From: Paecilomyces variotii
Lineage: Eukaryota
Reading direction: 5' to 3' (one strand)
DNA length: 64,000 bases
Assembly (NCBI GenBank): GCA_004022145.1
Contig: RCNU01000001.1
The notes under the pieces were generated by a model that did no database searches, had not been told where the DNA came from, and worked only from the letters and a program-made list of their open reading frames with translations. The translations under genes and the position numbers were made by a program. Shown here piece by piece: positions 51,837 through 64,000 of the stretch (position 1 is the stretch's first letter; each line of letters begins with the position of its first letter).

Positions 51837-53000
51837 TCATTCATATCTGCGATCATTGTAACCACCAATCAGCTCGACAGAACCGTCCTCTCTCTTCTTC
51901 TTTTCATAGATGTCGGGATTCAACTGAACAGTCTGCTTCGCCTTAACCCACTCAGCCATAGTAACTGGCTTATCGAAACGTGGCTTCACACCCGCTTTCT
52001 GAAGGACTGGCGAGTCATTGATGGGATACAGGACGGTATCACTGTGAGGTCGCGCGAAATATAGCAAACCTGTCCGATCATATTGCCATTGGTCCTTGGG
52101 AGGAGCCACCACACGATGAATGGAGCTCTTCAGATAGCCACCAGTCAAATGCGAAAGTGTGTCAGCCAGATTAACCGTAATAGTTCCGGGCTGCGCTGAC
52201 ACGTATGTCCATTTCCCATCTTCTCCCAGGATCTGCAATCCAGCAACGGGTTGGCGGAATAGAAGCGTCAGGGAGCCCAAATCGGTGTGGCCGCCGGACT
52301 GTCCGTATCCGCTAGCCTCATGCTCCTCCGGAGTACGTTTGTTATAGATCATATAACGGAAATGATCCTCGCTTCTCTTCTCGTATGTATGTTGCTTAAC
52401 GAGGTATTCCTCATCTGGAAGCTGTAGCACGATAGCGAATAGTCGCAGCAGAGGCAGAATGACATTCGAGTGCAGGGCCTTTGCGAATATCTCTATCTCC
52501 GGCAGGTGGGCTTTAATCAGGTCGGGATGATTGTACTTCCCCTCAAAGTCCTTTGTGAACTTGGCGAAGTTGTACATTTCGGTGTTGTCTTTGACCTTTC
52601 CCACGTTTCTCAGACCAGCGCGCCGATAGCCATTATAATCCGCATTGGCATAGTCGACTTGATATTTCAGCTTCTCCTCAACAGGCAGTGCGAAAAAGTT
52701 GCGCGCCAGTGTGAATTGGCGATCGACTTGTTCCTGTGGGAGACCAAAGTTCTTGACGTAGAAGAACCCGACATGATGCACAGCGTGCTCCAGCTGCTTG
52801 GCTAGTCTCTCCTTGCCACCAAGGCGATCGAACTCCTTGAGATCAAGGGTAACTAGTTCCGCCCATGGCAGGTCCTCCTTTGTTTCTGGGGGATGGACAT
52901 AAGGCTTCAGGTGGCTGAAATCATACTGCTCGGGGTTTTTGACAGAATCAGCACCACTTAGAGTGGGCAGTTGCGCCGTTTCAGTGAGAGTAGCTGACAT
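51837..53000 (-). CDS. 2-oxoglutarate/Fe(II) oxygenase, IPNS/DIOX_N family
   Basis: VGFFYVKNFG, FFALPVEEK, HTDLGSLTLLF (HxD), GLQI, VNLAD, SSIHRV (distal His), RTGLLYF. Intronless. Confidence 0.93.
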   Translation of the reverse strand: MSATLTETAQLPTLSGADSVKNPEQYDFSHLKPYVHPPETKEDLPWAELVTLDLKEFDRLGGKERLAKQLEHAVHHVGFFYVKNFGLPQEQVDRQFTLARNFFALPVEEKLKYQVDYANADYNGYRRAGLRNVGKVKDNTEMYNFAKFTKDFEGKYNHPDLIKAHLPEIEIFAKALHSNVILPLLRLFAIVLQLPDEEYLVKQHTYEKRSEDHFRYMIYNKRTPEEHEASGYGQSGGHTDLGSLTLLFRQPVAGLQILGEDGKWTYVSAQPGTITVNLADTLSHLTGGYLKSSIHRVVAPPKDQWQYDRTGLLYFARPHSDTVLYPINDSPVLQKAGVKPRFDKPVTMAEWVKAKQTVQLNPDIYEKKKREDGSVELIGGYNDRRYE

Positions 53001-53955
53001 ATTGTGTTCGCGGATAGAGCTTGAGTTCTATACGAGTAGATGTGCTGGAGTTTATTCCCAATATATCCTAAACAGCTCTCTTGGTATCAAGAGACCTTTA
53101 TATAGGGAGTACCTCGTATTAACCTTGACCAGGTATGTAACCCGAGGTTTAAGCGATGAGCTGATATCTCTTCACGAGTCTTCATATCCCCTGTTCATAC
53201 TTTCGGAGTCTTTCCGCTGCTGTATCCTCATAGGGGGGATATTTATAACCAAATGACACCATCGTAACGACTGTGATGCAATCTGGATGATAACAATGAT
53301 TGGACAAGCAAGGGATCTGGGCTCTCTCCGCGCCAGATGTTTGAAACATGAGGGTCAGCCAAGAATCGAGATATTAGATAGCTGATTGATCACCTGGGCC
53401 GTTATCATCGATGCATAGTGCATAATCACAGGGAGAGTGAGAGAGCCTATGACATGGAAATAGTTTCCCGACGTCTGTTTCTCTGTTGGGACGAGAATGC
53501 ATAGCGGTATACTGCCAGCGACTGATGCATATCTTAATCCATGGAATCCAATTAAAGCAACGGACTCATTTTGTTTGCTACCCCGCACTTATAGAACGCT
53601 ACATGAATCACAATCTCACTCGTCGAGCCACAGAAAGAGGTATACGAGTAAGATCAAGAGGACCTATTTAATGTAAGTTTTGCCGCAATCCATCTACAGA
53701 ATAATAGTCTGCAATATTATTCTTCTCATATCTCCATCAAATGCGGGGTATAGATATCTAGACTCGAACTCGTCGGAATCCCTGTCAGATCTATATTCCT
53801 GTTGACGGCATCACGCCATATCATGCCGGATTGCGAAGTACAGCGCACCATCCGATCGCATTTCGTTATCGAGCGCTTAGATTCCGAATATCGATAGTTC
53901 TGTGGACCATTTATCGAGCCTAAGATCTGTTTTACCGATAGATCGCTAGTACAGT

Positions 53956-55658
53956 ATGGCATACCCAAGGATCAAATCTGTGGCTATTATCGGCGCTGGG
54001 GCGGCAGGTAACAAACACTTTATCACCCATTGATCCACATGGAATGGATAGATTTAACTTTCCCCAATAGGTGCTGCGGCTGCTGCTGCATTCGCAGCAG
54101 AAAATTACTTTGATACGATTCGTGTTTTCGAGAGACGCGAAACAGCCGGAGGCACATGGTACGGTGTAACATACTCCCCCATTAGACATCCCCAACTGAT
54201 CTGATGGAATCCTAGGATCCATGATCCAGACCCGACTCCTCTTCTGAGGCCTCGGCCAGGAGCCCTGCCTACAGAAATTGATCCTCCTTTAGAGATACCA
54301 AGAGACCTACCTACAACGACACCTCCATCTTCCCAAGAGCGATATGAGAAAACACCGATTCATGAAGAACTCACGTGAGTGATATACTGGAATCAATTCA
54401 AATATCCATGCTAATACAGCTTTCCAGGACTAATGTCCCTTCAATTGCAATGTCATTTTCAGACGTTCGATTTGCATATGGGCCATTCATTCCTCATTGG
54501 GTGGTTAAACAATACATAGAGAGCTACTTTTCTAAGCACCACACTGATTCACTATTGGTACTAAGTACTACCGTTGAAGATGTGACCAAATTTACCAGTA
54601 CTTCAACTGGAGCTGACAAATGGTCGCTCACTCTAAGACGATATGATCCTGTTGCTCAGGTTGACGTGTGGTGGAAAGAAGAGTTTGATGCTGTCATATT
54701 TGCCAATGGACACTACTCTGTGCCATATGTCAGTACTCGATCTCACCTAACATACATTCAGTATGCTAACGTTGTTCTCCACAAGGTGCCCAAAGTGGAC
54801 GGCTTGGAGGAATATATACAAAATTTCCCCGGCCGGGTCATCCACTCCAAATCATATCGATCCGCTCTCAACTTCAGGGATAAAAGAGTCCTCGTGGTTG
54901 GAAATGCCGCATCAGGACATGACGTTACTACTGCTCTTGTGAAAACAGCGAAACATCCAGTCTATCAGTCCAGAAGATCTCCTTCTCGATGGGATGGCGA
55001 CAAGCCACCGCCTGGAATCGAATGGAAACCTGTCGTAAAGGAATATCTTCCGAACGGCGATATTATCTTTGACGATGACACAGTTCTATCAGATATAGAT
55101 ACAGTCATCTACAGTACCGGCTACAGAGCTTCTTTTCCTTTCTGGAACTCCCACGCCAATGGTGGCCCCATATGGGATTACCGCCAGGATCGTCTTATTG
55201 GGAACTATCTCCATATCTTCATGAGGAACTTCCCGACGCTAGGGATCGTCGGAATCCCAAGAACGCTAACTTTCCGATCCTTTGAATATCAAGCTATCGC
55301 TCTGGCACGGGTCTTTTCCGGACGAAATGCCGTCGCGCTTCCGTCAAGAGAACAGCAAGCGAGGTGGGAAGAAGAGCGCTGGAATCTCGTCAGTCGAGAA
55401 AGGAGGAAGTTTCACGATATCCCATGGGATAACGGCGAGACGGTTACGTATTTGAATGAGCTGTTCCATCTGGCAGGTCTGCCGTTGTTGAGTGGTGAAG
55501 GCAGGTACCCGCCGATCTTGAATGAGCAAACAAGATGGGCTATCGAGCACGTCAAAAGGTATCCGGAGCCTCGCCATGATAACAATAAGAAGGAGGAGGA
55601 GGATCGATGGACGGTCGTCCACCCTGCTGCGTATAAGGATAGTTTGCATTTCATTTGA
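53956..55658 (+). CDS. Flavin-containing monooxygenase (FMO, class B)
   Basis: VAIIGAGAAG, VFERRETAGGTW, FDAVIFANGHYSVP, IHSKSYR, VVGNAASG, STGY, FEYQA. Multi-exon; ATG 53956. Confidence 0.93.
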
Positions 55659-56358
55659 AAGGAAACTGTTAGTCTCACATAGCATTGGGAACTTTCCAAG
55701 AGCTTACTGTATTTTTGATCTGGTGCCAGTATTATGTACTTTTCAACTCATTAAGCAGTCCAGTATCCAAACGGAGACCGAATGATCTTCATAACATAAA
55801 TTTATTTCGTAAAGAAGATCAATCTAGGGTACCTAGTCACATGTGGTGTATCCGGAAACATATAAACTATCGGAAGCAAATGGAGAATCACGAAGCTCGC
55901 TGGTATGTAGACACAGGAGAGAGGCATGTAAATGAGAAAATAAGAAACAGAAAGCGTCTGGGCGATTAGACGCGAAGGCCAGGAACACACTTACTCTCAT
56001 TTATACTTGGCATTTGCAAGGCTCGAGCTGCTTTAATATCAGGGAACAAAAGGAAGTTTGAATTGTATCTGCCTGAAATAGATCGGCTACCGATATCTAT
56101 TATTGCCAACGAGGTTCATTTGAGCAGTTAAAGCTCCCCTGGTCGATACAGTACAACACTTGCATTGTGTAGCATATGTGAAGGTAGCACACACCACGCC
56201 CGCCCCTCTAAGTAGGTACGAGACAACCGCCATATCTCACTCAGCTACATACACTCGACCAACGAGCCAGCCAACCAAATTCTAACCACTATCCTCCGAA
56301 ACTATATTTTCATTACTCACTCCTCACCTGAATAAACGACAAGCAACGAAAATCCATC

Positions 56359-56763
56359 ATGTCTCTCAAGGTCTACACAGTTACGACTCTCGGCGCACCA
56401 CGCAACCATATCGGCCTCTTCGTCGAAACATCCCCGCCCAGCGGCTCAGGTCAATTCTTCAATGTCGAGGGAAACGTTCTGACAGGCATGGAGTACATAT
56501 CAAAACCGCATCCCAAGCCAGAGACCATGCCAGAATTCGTTGAGAAGCAGTTCATCGGTGAAGTGGATAAAAATGAAGTCGGGAGGCTCGAGGATGTTTG
56601 TCGCAGAGTGGAAGTTCCGGGGGCGCAGTTACGGTTGAATGGGACGCAGATTGATGAGATGAAGCCGCTGAGAAGGTGTACGGAGTGGACTAAGGAGGTG
56701 GTGGATTTGCTGTTGGAGGAAGGTGTGGTTAAGAAGGAAGATTCAGTGGCGTCTACTGCATGA
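56359..56763 (+). CDS. Small fungal hypothetical protein (DUF6540-like: RNH..LFVET...V.G...GM.Y...C..W)
   Basis: 134-aa ORF with good start context; motif pattern recalled from small fungal hypothetical proteins, not verified. Confidence 0.75.
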   Translation: MSLKVYTVTTLGAPRNHIGLFVETSPPSGSGQFFNVEGNVLTGMEYISKPHPKPETMPEFVEKQFIGEVDKNEVGRLEDVCRRVEVPGAQLRLNGTQIDEMKPLRRCTEWTKEVVDLLLEEGVVKKEDSVASTA

Positions 56764-56984
56764 ATTGGAAGCCAGTGTCAGGACTAGCAGGTCACACATG
56801 AGAGCTTTCTCAGGGGCTCTCAGTTAATAAGAGAGAATTGAGGGAAGCCAGGACCGCAAAAGAACATCGAAAGCGGGTAGTGCAGCTTCAAAATAGTGAT
56901 ACATGTGGATTAGGCTACCAGCTTTCAAATAATACACTTGCATGAATTCTAAACTTGCCAATCAAAGGCATCGGCCTCGGACGT

Positions 56985-58770
56985 TTACTCTCGAGAAGGA
57001 AACAATCGCCAGGCTCTGAGAGGAAGGCTCTGCAGCTTGAGGGCTGCAGGTTTGATGAATGACCAGAAAGTCACGGCACCAATAATCACACATAGAATGT
57101 TGGTGATATAATATCCATCCCGAGCAACATGACACGAACCACCTCCGTCAAGACAGCGGTGCTTGTCTGCTTCAAGAACGCAGGAAAAGGGCGTCGTAAC
57201 AAGCGGACCCTTCAACTTGTCCGGTGAGGGCGCAGTACTCGGAGGAATACAAGTAGCGCTCGTGAGCGTGTCAACAAGCTTGAGAATGAAGAACTTGGGG
57301 AATGTGCCACCAAGGTTTGAGACGCTAAAAACAGTTAGCTTAGGACTCTTCAAATTGTGTCAGTCTGGTAACTTACGTTGCTAATAGTGTCATATAGGTT
57401 CCTCCAATGATAGGATCGGCGATGCGCGCGTGGAACGCAGAGATCGCCACGAACATGACGGTATTCATAAAAGTGGACAAGACATGCTCGCCAACAACCG
57501 TCAGCAGGTACCAGAATGGAACATCAGGACCAGCCGGGTAGATCAAGACAGTCAACTGCGCGACAACTGCGGCAATGAGTCGCCCCACAAATGCCCAGCA
57601 CCAGAGTCTCATGGGAGTGTACTCAGTCGACCATTTTCCAGCATAGTATCCCAGACCAATCTCGAAAGGGAAATCAATCAGGACCACTAGTGCCATGTTG
57701 TCCTGGCCGAAACCCTTCTCGAGCAACTTCAGACTAGTCACTGCATCATTCGCCTGGAAGCCAATTTTGGCAATCAGATGGATGATGATAATACTCTGAA
57801 TGTTCTTGAGCTTGAGGACACTCCACATGCTCTTGTAGACCTCGACGATCCCGTCGCGATCCTTGGTCTTATCTTCCTTCTTCATGATGGCCAGACCAAC
57901 TGTCACAATCAAGTATGCCCATCCCCAGAAAGTAAGATAAGAACCAAGGGACAGCAGGCCCGTATCTTGCGGTTCAGCCCGGAACCATCTGTTTGCAAAA
58001 TCCTTCGAATTGAAGGCCAAGAAGACGGTATATGACAGGAAATGGCCCGCTGTAAGACCAACAGTCTGGGCCGTCGAGGCATAAGAAATGTTCGGTGGGG
58101 AGAGCAGGGTAATCGCCCAGCCGTCCACAGCGATATCCTGAGTCGCACAGAGGAAGACCAGAAAGAACCACCACCATGTGAAATTCCAGACCCCAGCTCC
58201 GCCATTTGCTCCTGCAGCTGCCATCATACCCTCAATATGTCGTCCTAGGTAGATCATCGCCAGTCCAGAGACAGTCTGAATGGGTGTAATCCAGCTCTTC
58301 CTCCTGCCGAACTTCGGGCTCCAGACCGCATCCACGATCGGACTCCAAAGGAGCTTGAGGGAATACGGGTACGATGCTAATGAGAAGACACCGATCTGCC
58401 CGTAGGACAGATACGGCTTCAGCAGGAACGGCACAGATCCCGAAGCCAGACCCATTGGCACACCCTGCAAGAAGTAGAGCAGACATAATAGCAAGAAATT
58501 CCTCCTATCCTGCTCTGGAAGTGAAAAAAGACTGGTATTCGTCATACCAGGCGTCTGGGGTGTTCGTGGCGGTTCATCATCGAGACTAAAATCGGGTCTC
58601 GACATCAACCGCTCTCTCTGCGTTTCGGACGAAGGTGGTTCAACGGAGCCCTTTCTCCGCAACTCGATATGGGAGTCCATGCTGCCGTTCGCCTGGCCGT
58701 TGTGGCCCGTCGCGACCGTCAGCCTCGGTGAGGAGCGAGTTTTGGTTTGGTTGCGCGTCTTGGCCTTCAT
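56985..58770 (-). CDS. Acetyl-CoA transporter (SLC33A1/ACATN1 family, MFS); N-terminus may extend to about 59127
   Basis: LYFLQGVPMGL, SYPYSLKLLWSPIVDA, GRRKSWI, ATQDIAVDGWA, YASTAQTVG, DPIIGGTYMTLLAT|VSNLGG, DGYY. Intron at about 57325-57376. First in-frame ATG at 58770. Confidence 0.92.
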
Positions 58771-59921
58771 CTGTATCCGATTGGGATCTGAAGACTCGTC
58801 GAGGAGCGCTTCTTCGACGTCGTCGGTGCTGTCGAGATCGTCCTCGTCGTCGGAGATTGAGAAACGAGAAGGATCAATGAGTTCGGTGTCTCCTCCTTCC
58901 GCGCTATCTCTGTCGCGGTCTTGTCCACCACTGCCCTTGCTTCCTAGCGTATCAAGTTCCACTGCTTCCTGATCAATACATTCCTCGCGAGTGCCGTGAC
59001 GATTGTCGTGCTGTGCAGTGGGAGCACGGAGGGGTTCAGAAGCCACGGTGGTTGCGAGAAGATGTAGAGGGGGAATATTATTCAGTGCGAATAGAAGGCA
59101 TCCATATGGTAGATTTCCTTTTTGCACAAGTTGGCCTCAAACGGGGAATAACGGGACCCCAAGGCTTGGAAATTGGAATAGTTAATGGGGGCTAAGGCTT
59201 AACGGCGAGGAATTACTGGACGGTCTCTGGAGACAAATACTGTAAGCATCAACCTAGCCACGATTGACTAAGGAGGCGAAACACGAACCCACAAGATATT
59301 TATAAACTTGTCAGCTTGCTGAACGCCGTAGATATCCTCATGGAGGTCTCCTGGTCAACAGCTGGATAATGTTCTGAAGTTTGCAGTTCTCCAGAATCTC
59401 CGCGTAACTATCCGGCGCGTGCGCAGTTGATCTCGCGTCAGATCAGGCAAGGTGGCCATTTCGTGCTTAGTAATCTGCGTTCTAGAGCATCTGCGAGACA
59501 GACAGACAGACAGATCAGATCAGATCGAAAACAATCATATAACACGCTTGAGAACAGTCAGATTCTTTATCGCATACATAAGACCATTCCTTATAGCCGT
59601 CGCAGCGACTTGATTACAAAGGATTCGGAGTGTTCTACATCAGCTAGGTTATCTAACATCAACTGTTGGCGCCGATGTGATGATGCGTCGTCAATCTCCC
59701 TAACACTATGGCGCTGGTATGCTTCTTTTTTATAGTTTCCTGATATTTTTCTATGGACTTATAACGTGTATGCAAATGTTTCAGAATCAACGAATCAACC
59801 TATCCAGGTTATGCTTTGGACGTAACGCCAACACTGCCACCAAAGACGAACGCTCATATTGCTAGATTCTCCTATCGAATCTGCCAGTCCTCTCCTTCGG
59901 CAGTTCACTAAACCGTCAAGC

Positions 59922-60393
59922 TTAATCCGACTGGCACTGCACAAAATCATCACCACTGGCACCCGTGTGGGTAATCAGACCTGCCAACTGGTTGTTGCCG
60001 TTGAACACCACGCGGTCAGCACCAGGGCTACCGCCACTGTAGACCTCGTACGAGCTCAAAATGGGGAATTCATAGTAGGGGCCGTCCACGGGGAAGCTGA
60101 AGCCCTCGTAGTCGTTGTACTTGTGCGGGTACTTGTCCTCTCCGAGAGTCTCGCCGGACTGGTAGAGTTGATAACCCTTGTCCTGCGCGGCAGAGATATC
60201 GCTGGCCCAGTAGCAGGTGCTGCCGCAGGTGTCGACGCAAGAGTCGCGGTTTTCGAGGGACGCGGGGAAGGCGATAACAGAAGGAATGAGGAAAGCAGCG
60301 ACGGAGAGGATCTAAATGGCATTAGATGGAGAACACTTCTAGATTGGGTGCCGCATTGGCTCAGGGGTGCCTCTGTACCTGAGTGAGCTGCAT
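59922..60393 (-). CDS. Secreted guanyl-specific ribonuclease, RNase T1 family (134 aa)
   Basis: Manually spliced (exon 60393-60379, intron 60378-60312): [19 protein letters not shown]...[11 protein letters not shown]...[11 protein letters not shown]...YYEFPIL...SPGADRVVF...[14 protein letters not shown]. Catalytic His, Glu, Arg and His present. Absent from the ORF track. Confidence 0.95.
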
Positions 60394-62699
60394 TTTGGCT
60401 ATTATCCGTCTGACAAGAGATAACGATCTAGCGACTGGCGGGCCTGATTAAAGGCTATGTGGAAATGATCTGGTATATTCCTGGCTTGATTCGAACCACC
60501 AAGACTCGGGAGAGGGCAACAGGCCTTAAATGCGTCCAGGATACCTCGTACAACCGGTCCTCAATCCGGCCTGCGAGAACTTCATGGCTAATGCTATTCA
60601 ACGCGATGTTACCTCCCAAAGAGCACCAGCCGGAGATAGAACATCGTAGTAAGCTTCTAGATCATAGCTCTCTGCGGATGCAGGTCGGTAGATCCATCGA
60701 AGATGGAGGCTTTTCCATATTAAGTTCTAGTTTCCGTGATATGGTTTCATCGTCCATCGTTTGTTCCCCTGATCTGGCTGCTTACAGGGTAGTTTCACAT
60801 CGTCTAGCGGAAAGGACAAAACAGTTCATCACCCAATGGCATCATCTGGAATCATCACACGTTGTTTCTAAGCTTCTTCGACCAACGGACTCCGGCTAGT
60901 TTCACTAAGTAATCTAGAAGTTACTCTGCAGCTGAGATTCCCTCCGTTAACTGTGAGTTGGCGCTGTTTCAATCTGATTTTCAAGGGCGTGTTCTACTTC
61001 TAGTCTTCGATTGATCAGATAAGGGTAATTCGGATGATACAGGAATTGAATTACCATACTTTCTCTGGATTAGCGGACGCAGATCAGTTCCCGGATAAGC
61101 CATTGCGGATGTGGCCGATAAGAAGCCATGTTACAACGAGTTGAGTTGGGACGATCAACAATCAATACCAGAGGACCTCACCCAATCGTACAGTATCCGT
61201 GCCAATTCAGTACCTAGTTATTTGCTGTCGAGGCGGAGAACTCCGAGAACAATATATCAGAAACAGATCTCTCGTAAGCGTTCAGCATATAACTAAACTA
61301 ATCTGTGCCAAAACTCCAAAGTTCTCGCTTCTTTATACCTGCCGGAGCTTCCATCCGAGACAGCGCGGGGTAAGGGTTGACTACCTCATTATCAACTGAC
61401 CCCTTTCTTCTTATCCTGGGCCTGAGTTCCTGAAAACCAACAACAATCTACCAATGCGTATACGATCCAGCCTGCAAAAATCTGAATTTCCAAGATAGCT
61501 AGTGATATAGTGATACCAAGTGTCTCAATGAAACAATTCTACATGTGCTCCCGATACGAGTATCAGCTTCTGTTAAACAACACTCAGTTCTAGGACAGAG
61601 TAGGATGAGAATAAAAAAAAAATAAGTCACTAAATGTTGCTTTCGCAGTGGATAAAGTGCTCGTACGGTATGGCATGTATGTGACTTCAGAGAAGCATAT
61701 GCTCCCATTCCAGTACACACTAGCATTGAATCATGGCGTTGGATAGTATTTCCTGCCCAAATCTTCAGCTGGCCGGTTATTCTCCTTCTGCCCGACCATA
61801 CAATCTCAGCGCCATGGGCAGTAGGGTTCAGAGGAATTCCACCGGCCAGTGTTACCATTCATCGTCATTTAGTCACTGGTCTCTCTGACATCTGCGACCT
61901 GTTCGAGCGCCGCCGTAATTTTTGTCTAACATTTCTAGATCGAGTTCAACAAGGACAGAGTTGACGCTTTGGATCAACTCCCTGGGCGAGTTGGGGAGGT
62001 TGATGAGAAGTGAGACGGCTGGACGGCTAGAGCTAGATGGAGCGCGAATGCTGAAGGTTAAGCAGCCGCACTAATATTATCAGGGTTATATCGAGGTCGT
62101 TCACACTCCTCGCGGTGCGAGGTACCTAATGTTGGGTATACAATGGTGGTAGAGTGTCAAAACTGGTGACATAGAAGTGCTGCTGGATGTAACTTCTCAT
62201 GACTTGAGAACACTGGTTACATGCAAACATGATTCATATAATGGGAATACCCAGTATAGATAACTTTTTACCCTTTCTGGCGATATCAAGAAGGTTGAAA
62301 TCCGTCGAAAACCAATCGATCTATATCGAAACACTATCTTGAAACAGACCCCTCGAGATACTAGCTACAAAATCCCAGACTTACTTACCAAACACAAACA
62401 TTTTAGTTCACTTTTATCCTATGGGGACAAGAATGAATACTCTATTACCAGCTTTCTATCAGTGTAATATATTAGTTGGGGGTAGACATCGTTCATACAA
62501 AACTGATCAATGGTTCCGGACCAAAATCTTCGCCCCACCTCAAAAAAGTAATCTCCGCAGCGATAAAATTATCACTTCTCCAAAACAAGCTCACTCAGCA
62601 AAACCTCCTTACGAGCAGCCTACACGCTCCTTCGTACAAACGGACAGCAGAGTTGTCCCCATATCAAAAAAAGAGTTCCGTACAAAGCCCCAGTCGACA

Positions 62700-63467
62700 A
62701 TGCCCGCATCGCCATCTAGCTCCACGCATTCCCCCACGGATGGCGACTCTGCCCCGCCATCTCCAACGACGACGATGACATCCGCGCAATCCGACGCAGA
62801 AACAGCGACGCAGGAGCATATTGTGCCTGATAACTCGCTAGACGATATTTTCGGTTCCTCGCCGCCCGGGGAAAGTCATGGTAGTGATGCACGACAGCAA
62901 AACAATACAACAGAATCGACGACTGCTGCTGAACCATCTGATCTGCCCTCGCTCCGTCGTCAGCATGTTACTGCCGGGTATCGCGATGGGGTATCCGCTG
63001 CAAAGGGGCAATTTGTTCAGGATGGGTTCGATGCTGGGTTTCCTGTGGGAGCGCAGTTAGGTATGAGGGTAGGAACGGTGTTGGGGATACTCGAAGGGGT
63101 GCTGCGAGGATTAGAGACGCGCGCGTCGTCGTCTGGACCGGTGAAGAAGCCTGCACGCAGCAGCGCTGGGAAACAGGTCTCTGAGGAAAGTGAAGAAGAG
63201 AAAGAGGCGCGCAAGAAGAAGATAGAGCAGGCTAAGAGGATCTACATGACTGCAGTCAAGGAACTCAGCGTGCAGGCTGTCTTTGGAGGACTCCAGGCAG
63301 ATGAAGGCCGAGAAGGAGGTGAGAAGGAGAAGCCAGAGACCCGACTTGCAAAGAAAGGTGACTCGGTTGTTTCGAAGTGGGAGAAGAGAGTCATGGTCCC
63401 GAATTGGGAGGAAAATCTCGAGTCTCTGGAGATGGAGGAAGAAGAGGTCCGCGGAGAGCAGAGTTGA
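62700..63467 (+). CDS. YAE1: Yae1 (cytosolic Fe-S assembly adaptor for Rli1)
   Basis: [53 protein letters not shown], the GX3-repeat Yae1_N signature. Likely start ATG 62700. Confidence 0.88.
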   Translation: MPASPSSSTHSPTDGDSAPPSPTTTMTSAQSDAETATQEHIVPDNSLDDIFGSSPPGESHGSDARQQNNTTESTTAAEPSDLPSLRRQHVTAGYRDGVSAAKGQFVQDGFDAGFPVGAQLGMRVGTVLGILEGVLRGLETRASSSGPVKKPARSSAGKQVSEESEEEKEARKKKIEQAKRIYMTAVKELSVQAVFGGLQADEGREGGEKEKPETRLAKKGDSVVSKWEKRVMVPNWEENLESLEMEEEEVRGEQS

Positions 63468-64000
63468 ACTACTGAAACCGGGGTTCCTGTTCTACAACTT
63501 GCATCGACACCACACCGGTTCTCTGACTCAGAGAAACGCCGAGTCATTCATCTGCGTCTGCGGAATCAGAATTCGCAACAGTCCACATCGATCCAAATTG
63601 CGGTGTTTACGTATCTCGATATCTCACCGCACTCGCAAGGAGCGATTCGTGCGGCAGTATGGCAGCTGCTTACAAAGGAAAGAAGAAAACTCGTTCACCG
63701 TTCATCGGATCACCTCCGAAGGATTGTCTGGACTCCTCACGGTTACAGCGTGCAGCTGCGGCCAGATTCAGTTCACTGTCTATCACATTCCTCGGGAAAA
63801 ACCAGCCACAGACGACCCTGCGTCTATGAGCCTCAGCGCCACGAGGTCCAGAGAAGAAAAAAGCAATGATTCTGCAGGATAGCGATGAACGATAAACCTG
63901 TGCGTCCGGCGCCGCATCGTACATGTACATACATACCTGTGCCTCTGCAGGAACTAGTCTCCAATAATCCGCGTCTGCAGAGACTCCTACGTACGGGGCA

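Noticed and set aside
59859-60386. 175-aa plus-strand ORF
   Set aside because: Antisense shadow of the RNase T1 gene.
61930-62020. Minus-strand LLINLPNSPRELIQSV, faintly F-box-like
   Set aside because: Too short, with no start or continuation; could be chance.
62421-62699. Longer YAE1 start at ATG 62421
   Set aside because: The upstream 93 codons are AT-rich and UTR-like; ATG 62700 has better context. Not fully excluded.
63283-63930. Overlapping ORFs downstream of YAE1
   Set aside because: No motifs and conflicting frames; probably UTR or intergenic sequence at the window edge.

Overview
Gene-dense window of a filamentous ascomycete genome (spliceosomal introns, Eurotiales-like housekeeping genes) with about 26 protein-coding loci and at least two decayed gene relics. 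No rRNA, tRNA, CRISPR array or intact transposon was recognised. The left arm (1-18.5 kb) is mostly conserved genes: a small Cys-rich secreted protein, pantothenate kinase, a Ded1/Vasa-type DEAD-box helicase, a CE4 deacetylase, a GT31, ATG29 and phosphopantothenate-cysteine ligase. The middle (19-50 kb) looks accessory. It holds a BTB protein, a block of aldo-keto reductase, Zn2Cys6 TF, C2H2+Zn2Cys6 TF and vanillyl-alcohol oxidase, several orphans and an HNH-like relic. The most striking element is a tail-to-tail pair: a divergent, apparently frameshifted ADE2 paralog and a bacterial-type nicotinamide phosphoribosyltransferase (NAMPT/NadV fold, one intron, remodelled base-binding pocket). NAMPT is not part of the usual ascomycete NAD salvage route. 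This pair is the best candidate for an undescribed ribotide/nucleoside-analogue or salvage module. The right arm holds CENP-O, a divergent 2OG-Fe(II) oxygenase/FMO pair, an acetyl-CoA transporter, an RNase T1-family gene and YAE1. All family calls come from motif recognition by eye; no searches were run.
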